Shown piece by piece: positions 1 through 9,955 of a DNA stretch of 64,000 bases; position 1 is the stretch's first letter, and every line of letters begins with the position of its first letter. Below the pieces are notes generated by a model. The model had not been told where the DNA came from, searched no databases, and saw only the letters and a program-made list of their open reading frames with translations. The translations under genes and the position numbers were made by a program. Source of the DNA: Candidatus Binatia bacterium (GTDB lineage: Bacteria > Desulfobacterota > Binatia > UBA9968 > JAJDTQ01); assembly GCA_963666515.2 (NCBI GenBank), contig OY762897.2, forward strand, positions 3,360,001-3,424,000, in the 5' to 3' direction.

Positions 1-845
1 AGGCCGGCGCCCACCTGCCGCCAAGTCCGGCCGGAGTCCTCGCTCCGGTAGATGCGGCCGTCGGCGCCGCTGGGGCGGTCCCAGTACTGGGGCGAGCCGT
101 GTCCGCCCGCCAGGAACAGCGCCGGCGGGTCGCCCGGCAGCATCACCACGTCGTGGAAGTAGTCGCTCTCCATGCCCTGCTCGGCGCGCTGCCACCCGGC
201 CTCGGGCGGGTCGCCCCGGAAGAACCCGCGAGAGGTGGCGGTGAAGAAGGCGGCGGGGTTCTCGGGCGAGCGGACGATCATGTGCACGTCCGGGTACTCG
301 ATGCCCTCGCTCACGTCCTCCCAGGTCCCGCCCCGGTCGAAGCTGCGCACGATGCCGCCGTGCTCCAGCGCGAGGTAGAGGGTGTCGGTGTTGTCGGGGT
401 CGATGTAGATGTGGCGCACGTGGCCGTGGTGCGGCGGGTAGGGAAACCACCAGTGGTGCTGGACCTCGGGAGGCAGCGCCCGGAGCCCTTCCAACTCCTC
501 CCACGAGCCGCCGCCGTCCTCGCTGCGAAACAGCATCACCGGCTCCGTGCCGGCGTAGACCACCCGGTCCTCGATGGGATCCACGGTGACCCAGCGGATG
601 TCGCCCTCCAGCACCCGCTGCCAGTGGCGCCCCTGGTCGCGGGTGCGGTAGAGGCCGTCCTGGGTCACGCCCGCGTAGACCACCTCCGGGTTATTGCGGC
701 ACCCCCACACCGAGTCCACCACCTGGTCCGGGAAGAAGCTCTGGTACTCCCGCGACCCGCGCATGGAGGTCCAGATATCCCCCACCCCGCGCAGGATCAC
801 CATGCCCTCCTGGGTGCCGGCGTAGAGTCTGAGAGCCTCGGCCAC
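1..845 (-). CDS. BNR/Asp-box beta-propeller protein (WD40/YVTN/BNR-like), 3' end outside window
   Basis: Manual translation from GTG 845 (GGAGGA RBS upstream): MAEALRLYAGTQEG... with repeated Asp-box motifs YRTRDQGRHW, FRSEDGGGSW, RSFDRGGTW, YRSEDSGRTW; open to the window edge, absent from the ORF track. Confidence 0.8.
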   Translation of the reverse strand, partial: MAEALRLYAGTQEGMVILRGVGDIWTSMRGSREYQSFFPDQVVDSVWGCRNNPEVVYAGVTQDGLYRTRDQGRHWQRVLEGDIRWVTVDPIEDRVVYAGTEPVMLFRSEDGGGSWEELEGLRALPPEVQHHWWFPYPPHHGHVRHIYIDPDNTDTLYLALEHGGIVRSFDRGGTWEDVSEGIEYPDVHMIVRSPENPAAFFTATSRGFFRGDPPEAGWQRAEQGMESDYFHDVVMLPGDPPALFLAGGHGSPQYWDRPSGADGRIYRSEDSGRTWRQVGAG

Positions 846-878
846 GTGCTGTCTCCTCCGAAACGGTGTTGCCCCAGG

Positions 879-1505
879 TCAGGCCTGCTGCAGCTTCTCC
901 AGGAAGGTGGCCGTATCCATCACCACGCCGAAGTGCTTGTCGAAGTTCTGCAAGGTCGCGGCCTGCTCCTCGTCCGAGAAGCAGGCATTGCTGTCGGAGA
1001 GGAACAGAACCTTGAAGTCGCGCATGGCGCCGTCCCGGGCGGTGCTGTCGCAGCACACGTTGGTGGCCACGCCGGTGATGGCGATGGTGTCCCGCCCCAG
1101 CCGCCGCAGCACGTTCTCCAGGTTGGTGCCGTAGAAGCCGCTGTAGCGGAACTTCTTGATGGTGATCTCGTCCTCCTCGGGCTTCACGCTCTCCAGGAAC
1201 TCAGCGCCGGGCGCCCCCTCGATGTTGGTCCAGGGATCGTCGGTGTGGTGGGTCACGGGCTTCAGGTCGGCGAACACGCCCACGTCCGCCAGGTCCTTGC
1301 GCTTGGTGGTGTAGAGGTAGATGACCGGCACGTCCGAGGAGCGGCACACCGTCAGGAGTTCCTGGATCTTCGGGATGATGTCCTCCGACGACGGCAGGTA
1401 GCGGCACCCCCTGGGGTCCACCCACATGTTCTGCATGTCCACCACGATCAGCGCGGTGTTGTCCTTGCCGATGCGCCAGTTGTCAGCCGAGCGTGACTCG
1501 TCCAT
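879..1505 (-). CDS. Isochorismatase-family cysteine hydrolase
   Basis: ALIVVDMQN, KKFRYSGF and GVATNVCC give the Asp-Lys-Cys triad; ATG 1505 follows AGGAGG. Confidence 0.88.
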   Translation of the reverse strand: MDESRSADNWRIGKDNTALIVVDMQNMWVDPRGCRYLPSSEDIIPKIQELLTVCRSSDVPVIYLYTTKRKDLADVGVFADLKPVTHHTDDPWTNIEGAPGAEFLESVKPEEDEITIKKFRYSGFYGTNLENVLRRLGRDTIAITGVATNVCCDSTARDGAMRDFKVLFLSDSNACFSDEEQAATLQNFDKHFGVVMDTATFLEKLQQA

Positions 1506-1745
1506 CTTCCGCCTCCTTTTGCGATAGGGTCCGGGGCAGTGCCGGAACCCCCGTCTATCACAGACGAAACCGCGCTCACAAGCCAAGCCGCCGGACCGCA
1601 ACCGTTGCCTCGCCGGGTTGACAAAGGGCACTGTTTCAATGATGGTGCCGGTTTTCGTTGAACTCCGCTGTCAGCGATGTTCCGCCCGGCATGTCTTCGC
1701 GGCATGAACGGCATGAATCCGGGGCGTCACAAAGAGGAGGAGAAA

Positions 1746-2687
1746 ATGACAAAGCTGGTAATCGGGTTGCTGGCCCTGGTGTTCATGGCCCAGGGCGTTC
1801 ACGCGCAGACCGTCAGCATCGGCACCAACCCCCAGGGCTCGCTGGCTTACGCCACCGGGGCCGGAGTCGCCAAGGTGGCCATCGAGGCGGGCGGCGTCAA
1901 CATGCGCGTGGTGCCCCAGGGCGGACCGGTGGTGACCCTGCCGCTGGCCAACAACGGCGAGCTGGACTTCACCATCTCCAACGTGGCCGCCAGCTCGTTC
2001 GCCGTGCTGGGCAAGGAGATGTTCAAGGGCCGGAAGCAGGCAAACATACGGCTCGTGGCCGTGCTGTTCCCGCTGTACGGCGGCTTCTACGTGCGCGACG
2101 ACTCGGACATCAAGACGCTGAGCGACCTCAAGGGCAAGCGGCTTCCCAGCAAGTACACCAAGCAAAAGATCGTCGGCCTCAACTCGCTGTCGGTCCTCAA
2201 CACCGTGGGGCTGAGCTACAAGGACGTAGTCGGCGTGCCGGTGCCCAACGGGGTGCGCGGGGTGCGCGACTTCATGGAGGGGAAGAACGACGCGGCCTAT
2301 TTCTCCCTGACCTCGGGGATCACCCGGCAGGCCCACGCCGCCGTCGGAGGCATCCGGGTCCTGTCCATGGAGAACACGCCCGAGGCGCTGGCGGCGATGC
2401 GGAAAATCGTCCCGGCCGCGAGCATCGCGACCCTTCAACCCAAGAAGCTTTACCCCGGCATCACGAAGCCCACCCACGTGTTCCAGGCGTCCTTCGTCGT
2501 CAACGCGAGCGCGAGCACGCCGGACGACGTCGTCTACAAGGTGGTGAAGGCGCTGCACGCCAACAAGCAGAAGCTGATCGGCTCCCACGGCATGTTCAAG
2601 CAGTTCAATCCCGCAAAGATGCACGTCGACCTGGGCGTCCCGTACCATCCCGGCGCCGCCCGCTTCTACAAGGAGAAGGGGCTCTAG
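1746..2687 (+). CDS. TAXI-family TRAP transporter solute-binding protein
   Basis: Signal peptide MTKLVIGLLALVFMAQGVHA, IGTNPQGS, C-terminal PYHPGAARFYKEKGL; GAGGAG RBS; adjacent fused permease. Confidence 0.88.
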   Translation: MTKLVIGLLALVFMAQGVHAQTVSIGTNPQGSLAYATGAGVAKVAIEAGGVNMRVVPQGGPVVTLPLANNGELDFTISNVAASSFAVLGKEMFKGRKQANIRLVAVLFPLYGGFYVRDDSDIKTLSDLKGKRLPSKYTKQKIVGLNSLSVLNTVGLSYKDVVGVPVPNGVRGVRDFMEGKNDAAYFSLTSGITRQAHAAVGGIRVLSMENTPEALAAMRKIVPAASIATLQPKKLYPGITKPTHVFQASFVVNASASTPDDVVYKVVKALHANKQKLIGSHGMFKQFNPAKMHVDLGVPYHPGAARFYKEKGL

Positions 2688-2709
2688 GGCGACCGCGGGT
2701 CGCCCCTGC
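2685..2709. repeat. GTAG-type REP-like palindrome
   Basis: TAGGGCGACC-GCG-GGTCGCCCCTGC hairpin immediately after the stop codon; related copy at 7123-7152. Confidence 0.55.
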
Positions 2710-2769
2710 AATGCGACTACTCGGACGGGCTCCCAGCCGGGTAGAAAGACGACGTGCTGAATCCTCGCC

Positions 2770-4689
2770 ATGGCCAGCGGTGACGGAGACGCCGTCCGGG
2801 CGCCGATCGCGTCCTGGACGGTGCGTATCGCCGGACGCCTGCTGGGCGGACTGCTGACGGCCGCGGCCCTGGCCGAGGCCGCGGACCTCTACCGGGCCGT
2901 CGGCATCGTGGTGTTCGCCGAGCAGCGCCTGCTGGCCCTGCTCGGCCTCGCCCTCGGCACCCTCTACCTCCTCAAGGGGGCCGGACCGGGCCCTCGCCTT
3001 CGCGTGCCCTGGTACGACGCGGTAGCGGCGGTGGCCGGCCTGGTCGTGTGCGCCTACCTGAGCTGGCACTACGAACGGATCTTCGAGGAACTCTACGCGC
3101 GCCCGCGCGACGCCCTGATAGGAGGCGCGATCATCCTCGCGCTGGTGGCGGAGGGGGTGCGCCGCTCCGCCGGCCCCGTGCTGTTCATCTTCCTGCTGTC
3201 GTTCTTCACCCTGGGCTTGGTGGGCCACTTCATCCCCGGCCAGTTCCAGGGACGCGACGTGGATTTCGACCGGCTGGTGATCTACCTGAGTCTCGACTCC
3301 AACTCGCTGGTGGGGATTCCCCTCACCGTGGCCACCACCATCGTCATCTCGTTCATCTACTTCGGCAACCTGCTCGACCTGTCCGGCGGATCGAGGTTCT
3401 TCACCGACATCTCCACTGCGCTCATGGGCCGTTACCGCGGCGGCTCCGCCAAGATCGCGGTCACCGCCTCGTCGCTGTTCGGCTCCATCTCGGGCAGCGC
3501 CACCTCCAACGTGGTCTCCACCGGCGTCATCACCATCCCGCTGATGAAGAAGGGAGGCTACCCCGCGCATACCGCGGGCGCCATCGAGGCCGTGGCCTCC
3601 ACCGGCGGCCAGTTGATGCCGCCGATGATGGGCGCCGCCGCCTTCGTCATGGCCGAGTTCCTGCAGATCTCCTACCAGGAGGTGGTGCTGGCGGCGCTGA
3701 TCCCGGCGGTCCTCTACTACGTGGCGCTGTTCATCCAGGCGGACCTGTTCGCCGCGCGGGAGGGCATCGCGCGCGTGGACGAAGGCGCCATCCCGCCCCG
3801 CTGGCCGGTATTCCGCGCCGGCTGGCCTTACGTGGTGCCGTTCGCCGTGGTGATCTGGTGCCTGTTCTACCTCAACCTGAGGCCCGAGACTTCGGCCCTG
3901 TGGGCCGCCGGCAGCCTCGTCCCCGTCGGCCTGTTCATCGGCTACCAGGGCGAGCGGATGCGCTGGTGGGTCATCTTCACCGTCCTCGCCAAGACCGGCG
4001 CCCTGTGCGTCCAGGTGCTGATGATAAGCTGCATGGCCGGCGTCATCATCGGCGTCCTCAACATCACCGGCCTGGGCTTCGCGCTGACCCAGGCCATCAT
4101 CCACCTGGCCGGGGGACAGACCCCCCTGATCCTGCTGCTGGCGGCGCTGATCTCCATCGTCCTCGGCATGGGCATGCCCACCCTCGGCGTCTACCTGCTG
4201 CTGGCGACCCTGGTGACCCCGTCCATGGTGGAAGTGGGCATCCCGCCCATGGCCGCGCACCTGTTCGCGCTCTACTTCGGCATGCTGTCGCTGATCACCC
4301 CGCCGGTGGCGGTGGCGGCCTTCACCGCGGCCACCGTCGCCGAGTCCGACTTCCTGCGCACGGGTTTTGCCGCGGTGCACTTCGGCTGGACCGCCTACGT
4401 CCCGTTCCTGTTCGTGCTGGCGCCCGAGCTTCTCATGGAGGGCTCGGCCCTGACGATCATCCACACCGCGGCCACCGCGGTCATCGGCGTCTGGCTCGTG
4501 TCCGCGGGATTCATGGGGTATTTCGCCAGACCTCTGGGTGTCGGCCACCGGGTGCTCTTCATGGCCGCCGGGCTGCTTTTGTTCTTCCCGGCCGGAGGGG
4601 TGAGCTACGGCATCTGGACGGACGTGGCCGGCGCCTGTCTGGCCGGGGTGCTGGCCGCGATCGGGGGATTCCGGGGCGAGAAGAGCTGA
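2770..4689 (+). CDS. TRAP transporter fused (4TM/12TM) permease
   Basis: Highly hydrophobic; GGSAKIAV, ISGSATSNVVSTG, EAVASTGGQLMPPMMG, LGMGMPT and ITPPVA motifs. Confidence 0.92.
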   Translation: MASGDGDAVRAPIASWTVRIAGRLLGGLLTAAALAEAADLYRAVGIVVFAEQRLLALLGLALGTLYLLKGAGPGPRLRVPWYDAVAAVAGLVVCAYLSWHYERIFEELYARPRDALIGGAIILALVAEGVRRSAGPVLFIFLLSFFTLGLVGHFIPGQFQGRDVDFDRLVIYLSLDSNSLVGIPLTVATTIVISFIYFGNLLDLSGGSRFFTDISTALMGRYRGGSAKIAVTASSLFGSISGSATSNVVSTGVITIPLMKKGGYPAHTAGAIEAVASTGGQLMPPMMGAAAFVMAEFLQISYQEVVLAALIPAVLYYVALFIQADLFAAREGIARVDEGAIPPRWPVFRAGWPYVVPFAVVIWCLFYLNLRPETSALWAAGSLVPVGLFIGYQGERMRWWVIFTVLAKTGALCVQVLMISCMAGVIIGVLNITGLGFALTQAIIHLAGGQTPLILLLAALISIVLGMGMPTLGVYLLLATLVTPSMVEVGIPPMAAHLFALYFGMLSLITPPVAVAAFTAATVAESDFLRTGFAAVHFGWTAYVPFLFVLAPELLMEGSALTIIHTAATAVIGVWLVSAGFMGYFARPLGVGHRVLFMAAGLLLFFPAGGVSYGIWTDVAGACLAGVLAAIGGFRGEKS

Positions 4690-6156
4690 CTATAGCGCCT
4701 CGGCCCCGAACCGTTCGATGGTCTCCAGGGTCTCGCGGACGTCGTTCCAGGTGGTGTTGTGGTTGATGATGCACAGCCGGAGGGAAAACTTCCCGGCCAG
4801 CGTCGTCGATGAGATGAGCGCGCGGTCCTCCCAGAAGACGCGGGCGAGCACGTTGCGGTTGACCTTTTCCAGTGTCTCATCGTCGAGGTCCCGGCCGGCG
4901 GGGTTCACCCGGAAACACACGATCCCCAGCGATGCCGGGTTCAGCGTCTCGAGCATCGGGCTCTCCCGCACGTAATCGTCGGCCCGGGCCGCCAGCTCCA
5001 TCCCCTGCGACACCGCCCGCCGGAACGCGGCCATCCCGAAGGTCTGCACCGACATCCATATCTTCAACGCTCGGGCCGAGCGGCTGAGCTGCAGGCCGCG
5101 GTCCGAAAAGTTCGGATGGTTGGCGCCCCAGATGGTGTCCTGGAGCACATCGTGGTGCACTTCGAACGCCCTTTCGAGCGTGGCGGCGTCCTTCACCAGC
5201 AGACCGCCCACCTCGTAGGGCTGGAAAAACCACTTGTGGCCGTCCAGGTTCACCGAGTCGGCGCGCTCGATGCCGCGCAGGATTTCCTTGCCCCGCTCCG
5301 TCACTACCGCGAAGCCGCCGTAGGCGCCGTCTACGTGCAGCCAGATGCCCTCCGCCTCACAGAAATCGGCGATTTCCTCGAGCGGATCGATGGCTCCCGT
5401 GCTGCTGGCTCCGGCGTTGGCGCACACCGTGACGGGATTGAGGCCGGCGGCGCGGTCTTCGGCCACGGCGCGAGCCAGCGCATCCACGTCGAGGCGGAAA
5501 CGTTCGTCCGTCGGCAGCAGCCGCGTGTGCTCCCGCCTGACGCCCGTGATCCTCGCGGCGCGGACCTGGGCGCTGTGGCTCTGGTCGCTCATGTACACGG
5601 TGGCGCCGTCGGGGTTGCCGGCGGCTTCCCTGGCCGCGACGAAGGCGTCCACGCTGGCCGCCGAGCCCCCGCTGGTCAGAAGCCCTCCGGCGCTGTCCGG
5701 GTAGCCGATCCAGCGCTTCAACCAGTCGATGACCACCAGCTCGATCTCGCTGGGACCGCTCGCCACCAGCCAGGTGCATTGGTTGAAGTTGTAGCCGGCG
5801 GCCATGAAGTCGGCCAGCACACTCGGCCACGTCGGCGACGACGGGATGAACGCGAAGCAACGCGGGTGATCCAGGCGCGTGGCGAACGGGAGCACCTCGC
5901 GCGCGACCCGGTCGATGACCTCCGCGCCCGGCCGGCCGTCCTCCGGCGGGTCCTCCTTGAGCGTGGCGTCGAGCGCCTGCTGGAAGTCCCCGTCCCAGGC
6001 GTTGTCCACGGGCAGGCCCTTGATTCGCTCCACCAGGATCTCCGCGGCCTTGCGCGCGAGTTCGAGCATGGCCTCGGGCGCCATCTCGAGGGGGCCGTGA
6101 CCGGGCGTGTCCACTGCCGACCCTTTGCTGTCCTTGTCCTTGTTCGAATGGTCCAT
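4690..6156 (-). CDS. PLP-dependent group II decarboxylase (aromatic-L-amino-acid decarboxylase-like)
   Basis: HPRCFAFIP, LTSGGS, WLHVDGAYGG, DGHKW (PLP lysine); start taken at MDHS. Confidence 0.88.
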   Translation of the reverse strand: MDHSNKDKDSKGSAVDTPGHGPLEMAPEAMLELARKAAEILVERIKGLPVDNAWDGDFQQALDATLKEDPPEDGRPGAEVIDRVAREVLPFATRLDHPRCFAFIPSSPTWPSVLADFMAAGYNFNQCTWLVASGPSEIELVVIDWLKRWIGYPDSAGGLLTSGGSAASVDAFVAAREAAGNPDGATVYMSDQSHSAQVRAARITGVRREHTRLLPTDERFRLDVDALARAVAEDRAAGLNPVTVCANAGASSTGAIDPLEEIADFCEAEGIWLHVDGAYGGFAVVTERGKEILRGIERADSVNLDGHKWFFQPYEVGGLLVKDAATLERAFEVHHDVLQDTIWGANHPNFSDRGLQLSRSARALKIWMSVQTFGMAAFRRAVSQGMELAARADDYVRESPMLETLNPASLGIVCFRVNPAGRDLDDETLEKVNRNVLARVFWEDRALISSTTLAGKFSLRLCIINHNTTWNDVRETLETIERFGAEAL

Positions 6157-6283
6157 GTCACCCGCGATAGCACATTCTCCCGGCACAAAGAAACCCGTGG
6201 TCACGTGACCGTTGGAGCGGGTCCTTGAACCTCCGCCGACCGGCGGGATAGACTGGCCGCCGACCCGCGATTGGGAGGATTTT

Positions 6284-7105
6284 ATGACCGAAGTCATCAT
6301 GATCGGGACGGGAGTCCCGGAGCCCAACCCGAACCGGCAGGGTTCGTGCATCGCCATCATCATCGACGGGAAACCCATCCTGCTCGACTGCGGCCGCGGC
6401 GCGCTCACGCAGCTCGTCCGCGCGGGCATCGACCCGGCGCAGGTGGAGCAGGTGTTTCTCAGCCATCTCCACTACGACCACATCATCGGGCTTCCGGACC
6501 TGCTGCTGGGGAGCTGGATGGTGGGGCGCAGCACGGGCGTCGAAGTGTTCGGCCCGGCTGGGACCACGGCGTTCGTGGAAGGGCTCCTGGAAGCCTTCAA
6601 GATCGACATCCAGGGCCGCAAGGCCACCGGCACCAACTCGAAGTTCGAGGTCTCCACCCGCGAGATCGACGAGGGGCAGGTGTGGGAGACGCCGGACTGG
6701 AAACTCGACGCGGTGCGGGTGGTGCACATACCCGGCAGCCTGGGCTTCCGCGTGGACACCCGGGACCGTTCCATCGTGTTTTCCGGCGACACCCGGCCGT
6801 GCCCGGCGCTGGTGGAACTGGCCAGGGACTGCGACCTGCTCATCCACGAGGTGCTCTTCTCGCCGGAGATGGAGCAGAACGGCGCCCCCGCCGGCCGCCA
6901 TCCGGAGTTCATCCACCCCGAGTGGGCCAACCGCGTGCGCCATACCAAGCCGCATCAGGTAGGAAAGATCGCCGCCGAAGCCAACGCCGGGAAGCTCGTG
7001 CTCACCCATTTGTGGTCCGAGAAGGAAGAGGAGCGGCTCAAGGCCGAGGTAGCGGAGCACTACTCGGGCGAGGTCGTCGTGGCCCAGGACCTGATGCGAG
7101 TCTGA
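6284..7105 (+). CDS. MBL-fold metallohydrolase (RNase Z/AtsA-like)
   Basis: IGTG, LLDCGRG, SHLHYDH (HxHxDH), FSGDT, LIHE, LVLTH; GGAGG RBS. Confidence 0.87.
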   Translation: MTEVIMIGTGVPEPNPNRQGSCIAIIIDGKPILLDCGRGALTQLVRAGIDPAQVEQVFLSHLHYDHIIGLPDLLLGSWMVGRSTGVEVFGPAGTTAFVEGLLEAFKIDIQGRKATGTNSKFEVSTREIDEGQVWETPDWKLDAVRVVHIPGSLGFRVDTRDRSIVFSGDTRPCPALVELARDCDLLIHEVLFSPEMEQNGAPAGRHPEFIHPEWANRVRHTKPHQVGKIAAEANAGKLVLTHLWSEKEEERLKAEVAEHYSGEVVVAQDLMRV

Positions 7106-7122
7106 CCGGGCGTCCTCGCGGT

Positions 7123-7152
7123 GTAGTGGACCGACCCGCCGGTCGCCCCTAC
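7123..7152. repeat. GTAG-type REP-like palindrome (degenerate)
   Basis: GTAGTGGACCGACCCGCCGGTCGCCCCTAC with GTAG...CTAC ends; shares GGTCGCCCCT with 2685-2709. Confidence 0.5.
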
Positions 7153-7194
7153 CCGCTACGACTGGATTACTTGGACAGGCTGCAGGCTGGCACC

Positions 7195-8280
7195 ATGACC
7201 CTGATCCTCACCAACGAGGAGATCGAGAGCTGCTTCACCCTGGAGGAATGCTTCAGGGTGTTGGAGCCCGCGTTCATCGACCTGGGCAACGGCGCCGCCG
7301 CGAACCTGCCGCGCCAGGACCTGCTGGTGCCCGGGCCGCTGGAGGGCAGCTACCACGGCCTCAAGTCCGCCGGCGGGGCGATGCCACGGTTCGGCGTCAC
7401 TGCCGCCCGGCTGACGTCCGACATCGTCACTTGGCCGGAGGTGGACGGCGAGCGGCGCCGGGTCAAGGTGCCGCTGGCCATGGGCAGCAAGTACGTGGGC
7501 TTGGTGTTCCTGTTCAGTACCGCCACCGGCGAGTTGCTGGCCATCTTTCCCGACGGCCTGGTCCAGGCCATCCGCGTTGGCGTCACCAACGCCTTGTCCG
7601 CCAAGTACATGGCGCGCCCGGAATCGTCGGTCCTGGCACTCTACGGCTCCGGCTGGCAGGCCCGGTCCGGACTGCTGTCCATGTGCACGGCCATGCCCAT
7701 CCGCGAGGTGCGGGTCTACAGCCCCACGGAGGAGCACCGCTGGACCTTCGCTCGTGAAATGGACGGCCGGGTGGAGGCCCAGGTGAGCGCGGTGGACCTT
7801 CCCGAGCGCGCGGCGGAGGGAGCCGACATCGTGCTCCTCACCACCAACGCCCTGAAACCCTTTTTCCCGGCGGAGTGGGTCCGCGACGGCATGCACATCG
7901 CCACCGTCCGCTCCAGCGAGATGACCGTGGACGCGCTGCTGCGTTGCGACCGGCTGGTGGTGTCGAGCCGGGAAGCGGCCCGGCTGGTGACGCTGCCCGG
8001 TGAGGAGGAACGTATCCCCGAAGCGGGTCAGGGCGACTACCGGCGCGAGGAGTTGGAGGACACCGAAGCCGACTGGAGCAAGAAACCGGAGTTGGGAGAA
8101 ATCATGGCTGGGAAGGTAACAGGCAGGGAACGCGGGGCAGAGGTAACCTGCATGCTCAACTACGTCGGCCTCGGGCTCCAGTTCGCTGCCGCCGGAGCTC
8201 GGATTTACGAGCTGGCCAGGGAGCGCGGCCTCGGACGGGAGCTGCCCACCGAATGGTTCTCGCAGGACCTGCACTCGTAA
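7195..8280 (+). CDS. Ornithine cyclodeaminase / mu-crystallin family protein
   Basis: LFSTATGELLA, YGSGWQA (Rossmann), VRVYSPT, GLGLQFAA; C-terminal part of ORF 6271..8280. Confidence 0.85.
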   Translation: MTLILTNEEIESCFTLEECFRVLEPAFIDLGNGAAANLPRQDLLVPGPLEGSYHGLKSAGGAMPRFGVTAARLTSDIVTWPEVDGERRRVKVPLAMGSKYVGLVFLFSTATGELLAIFPDGLVQAIRVGVTNALSAKYMARPESSVLALYGSGWQARSGLLSMCTAMPIREVRVYSPTEEHRWTFAREMDGRVEAQVSAVDLPERAAEGADIVLLTTNALKPFFPAEWVRDGMHIATVRSSEMTVDALLRCDRLVVSSREAARLVTLPGEEERIPEAGQGDYRREELEDTEADWSKKPELGEIMAGKVTGRERGAEVTCMLNYVGLGLQFAAAGARIYELARERGLGRELPTEWFSQDLHS

Positions 8281-8330
8281 GCCCCGACGCATGACGGGCC
8301 TGCCGCGCAATGCCGCACTATGCTTCCGAC

Positions 8331-8738
8331 CTACGGGAAGAAGATCAGCTTCACCAGCAGCGCGACGATGGCCGGTTGGAAAGTGAAGACCGCCAGCTTG
8401 AGCACGGCGACACTCTTATCGAGCTTGGCGATGTCTTCTCTCATGGATTTCTCCAACCTTGCCATGTCCTCCTTGGTGGACAACTCCAGCCTTGCCATGG
8501 CCTCCTTTGTGGATAACTCCAGCCTTGCGATGTTCGCCTTCGTCGCATTCTCCAAGTCGGACATGTCTGACCTGAGCACGTGCTCCAGTTTGGCAACATC
8601 TTGCTCCAATCTGGAAATGTCTTCCTTGGTAGCGAGGCGATCACCGTGCGGGATCGCGGCTGCCGCCGCCTTGGCCTTCTCCTTGGAAGCTCCAGCTTCG
8701 ACCAGCGCCTCGTAGACTTCCAGAACAATCACAGTCAT
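8331..8738 (-). CDS. CCDC90/DUF1640-like head-neck-stalk coiled-coil membrane protein
   Basis: Head VYEALVEAGASKEKA, neck LATKEDI, 11-residue coiled-coil repeats, C-terminal hydrophobic anchor. Confidence 0.7.
   Translation of the reverse strand: MTVIVLEVYEALVEAGASKEKAKAAAAAIPHGDRLATKEDISRLEQDVAKLEHVLRSDMSDLENATKANIARLELSTKEAMARLELSTKEDMARLEKSMREDIAKLDKSVAVLKLAVFTFQPAIVALLVKLIFFP
8451..8549. repeat. 33-bp tandem repeat (3 copies) inside the coiled-coil gene
   Basis: Units start at 8451, 8484 and 8517 (CTCCARCCTTGCSATG...). Confidence 0.8.
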
Positions 8739-8949
8739 GGCTCCATCCCGGCCAACTCCAGCCATTGTAGTTCGATAATTCAAAAACACAACCTCGATGC
8801 AAAGACAGTCTCCGAGCGCAACGGACGGGCACTGTCCTCATAGTCATGAATCGGCACTCCCGTACCGTTCTTTAGCCCAGAGCGTTCTTTTTCCGGCGGG
8901 AGCCGGATTCGTAACGACGTCCACGCCGGGCAGCGTCGCCGGGTTGGGC

Positions 8950-9939
8950 TTACGGAATCAGCAGGATCTTGCCGGTGGTGTTTCGGGATGCCAGCAGGCG
9001 GTGGGCCTCGGCGGCCCGGGAAAGCGGCAGCGTGGCGCCGATGCGGACGGCAAGCTTTCCGGCCTCGATCCACCGGAGTACGTCTCCGGCTCGGGCGAGG
9101 ATCTCGGCTCGGTCGGTGGTGTGGTGGGTAAGGCTCGGGCGGCTGAGGGAGAGAGAGCCCTTGGCGTTGAGGATGGCGGTGTCGAAGGGCGGCACGGCGC
9201 CGCTGGACTGGCCGTAGATCACCATGCGGCCGCGCGGCGCCAGGGCGTCGAGGCTCTTCTCGAAGGTGCTCTTTCCCACCGAGTCGTAGACGGCGTTGAC
9301 GCCGCGGCCGCCGGTGAGACGGCGCGCCTCGGCGGCGAAGTCCTGGCTGGTGTAGTCGATGACCGCATCGGCGCCGGCTTCCTCGGCGATGCGCGCTTTC
9401 TCGGTGGTCGACACGGTGCCGAACACGCGCGCGCCGCGCATCTTGGCCATCTGGATCAGCAGCAGTCCGGTGCCGCCGGCGGCGGCGTGGACGAGCACCG
9501 TGTCCCCGACGCCTACCGTATAGGTGTCGCGGGAGAGGTAGTGCGCGGTCATGCCTTGGAGCATGGCGGCGGCCGCGGATCGGAGGTCCACCGCCTCGGG
9601 CACCCGCACCAGGTGACGCTCCGGCACCGCGGCCAACTCGGCGTAGGAGCCGTATCCGTTGGAGATGCCGTAGGCGACCCGGTCGCCGACCTGGATCTCG
9701 TACACGTCCGGCCCGACGGCGAGCACGGTGCCGGCGCCCTCGGCGCCGGGGATGTACGGGAGCGGGCGCTGGTGATGGCCGCCCCAGTGGAAACCCGAGC
9801 GGTAGTAGATGTCCAGGTAGTTGACGCCGCAGACCGCGACCTTCACCAGCGCCTCGCCCGGCCCGGGCTCGGGGTCCTCCACCTCCTCGTAGCGGAGCAC
9901 CTCCGGGCCGCCCAGCTCGTGCACCCGGACGGCCTTCAT
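8950..9939 (-). CDS. qor: NADPH:quinone oxidoreductase (zeta-crystallin/Qor family)
   Basis: GGPEVL, GVNYLD, PGAEGAG, LQGMTAHYL, VHAAAGGTG, VYDSVGK, TTGKILL. Confidence 0.88.
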   Translation of the reverse strand: MKAVRVHELGGPEVLRYEEVEDPEPGPGEALVKVAVCGVNYLDIYYRSGFHWGGHHQRPLPYIPGAEGAGTVLAVGPDVYEIQVGDRVAYGISNGYGSYAELAAVPERHLVRVPEAVDLRSAAAAMLQGMTAHYLSRDTYTVGVGDTVLVHAAAGGTGLLLIQMAKMRGARVFGTVSTTEKARIAEEAGADAVIDYTSQDFAAEARRLTGGRGVNAVYDSVGKSTFEKSLDALAPRGRMVIYGQSSGAVPPFDTAILNAKGSLSLSRPSLTHHTTDRAEILARAGDVLRWIEAGKLAVRIGATLPLSRAAEAHRLLASRNTTGKILLIP

Positions 9940-9955
9940 CGCGGACCGCGCGCCA

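Noticed and set aside
6271-7194. N-terminal extension of the cyclodeaminase ORF (669 aa)
   Set aside because: It is an alternative frame over the MBL hydrolase gene; family similarity starts at ATG 7195.
8451-8549. 33-bp repeats as a CRISPR array
   Set aside because: They are contiguous, have no spacers, lie in frame in a coding sequence, and no cas genes are present.
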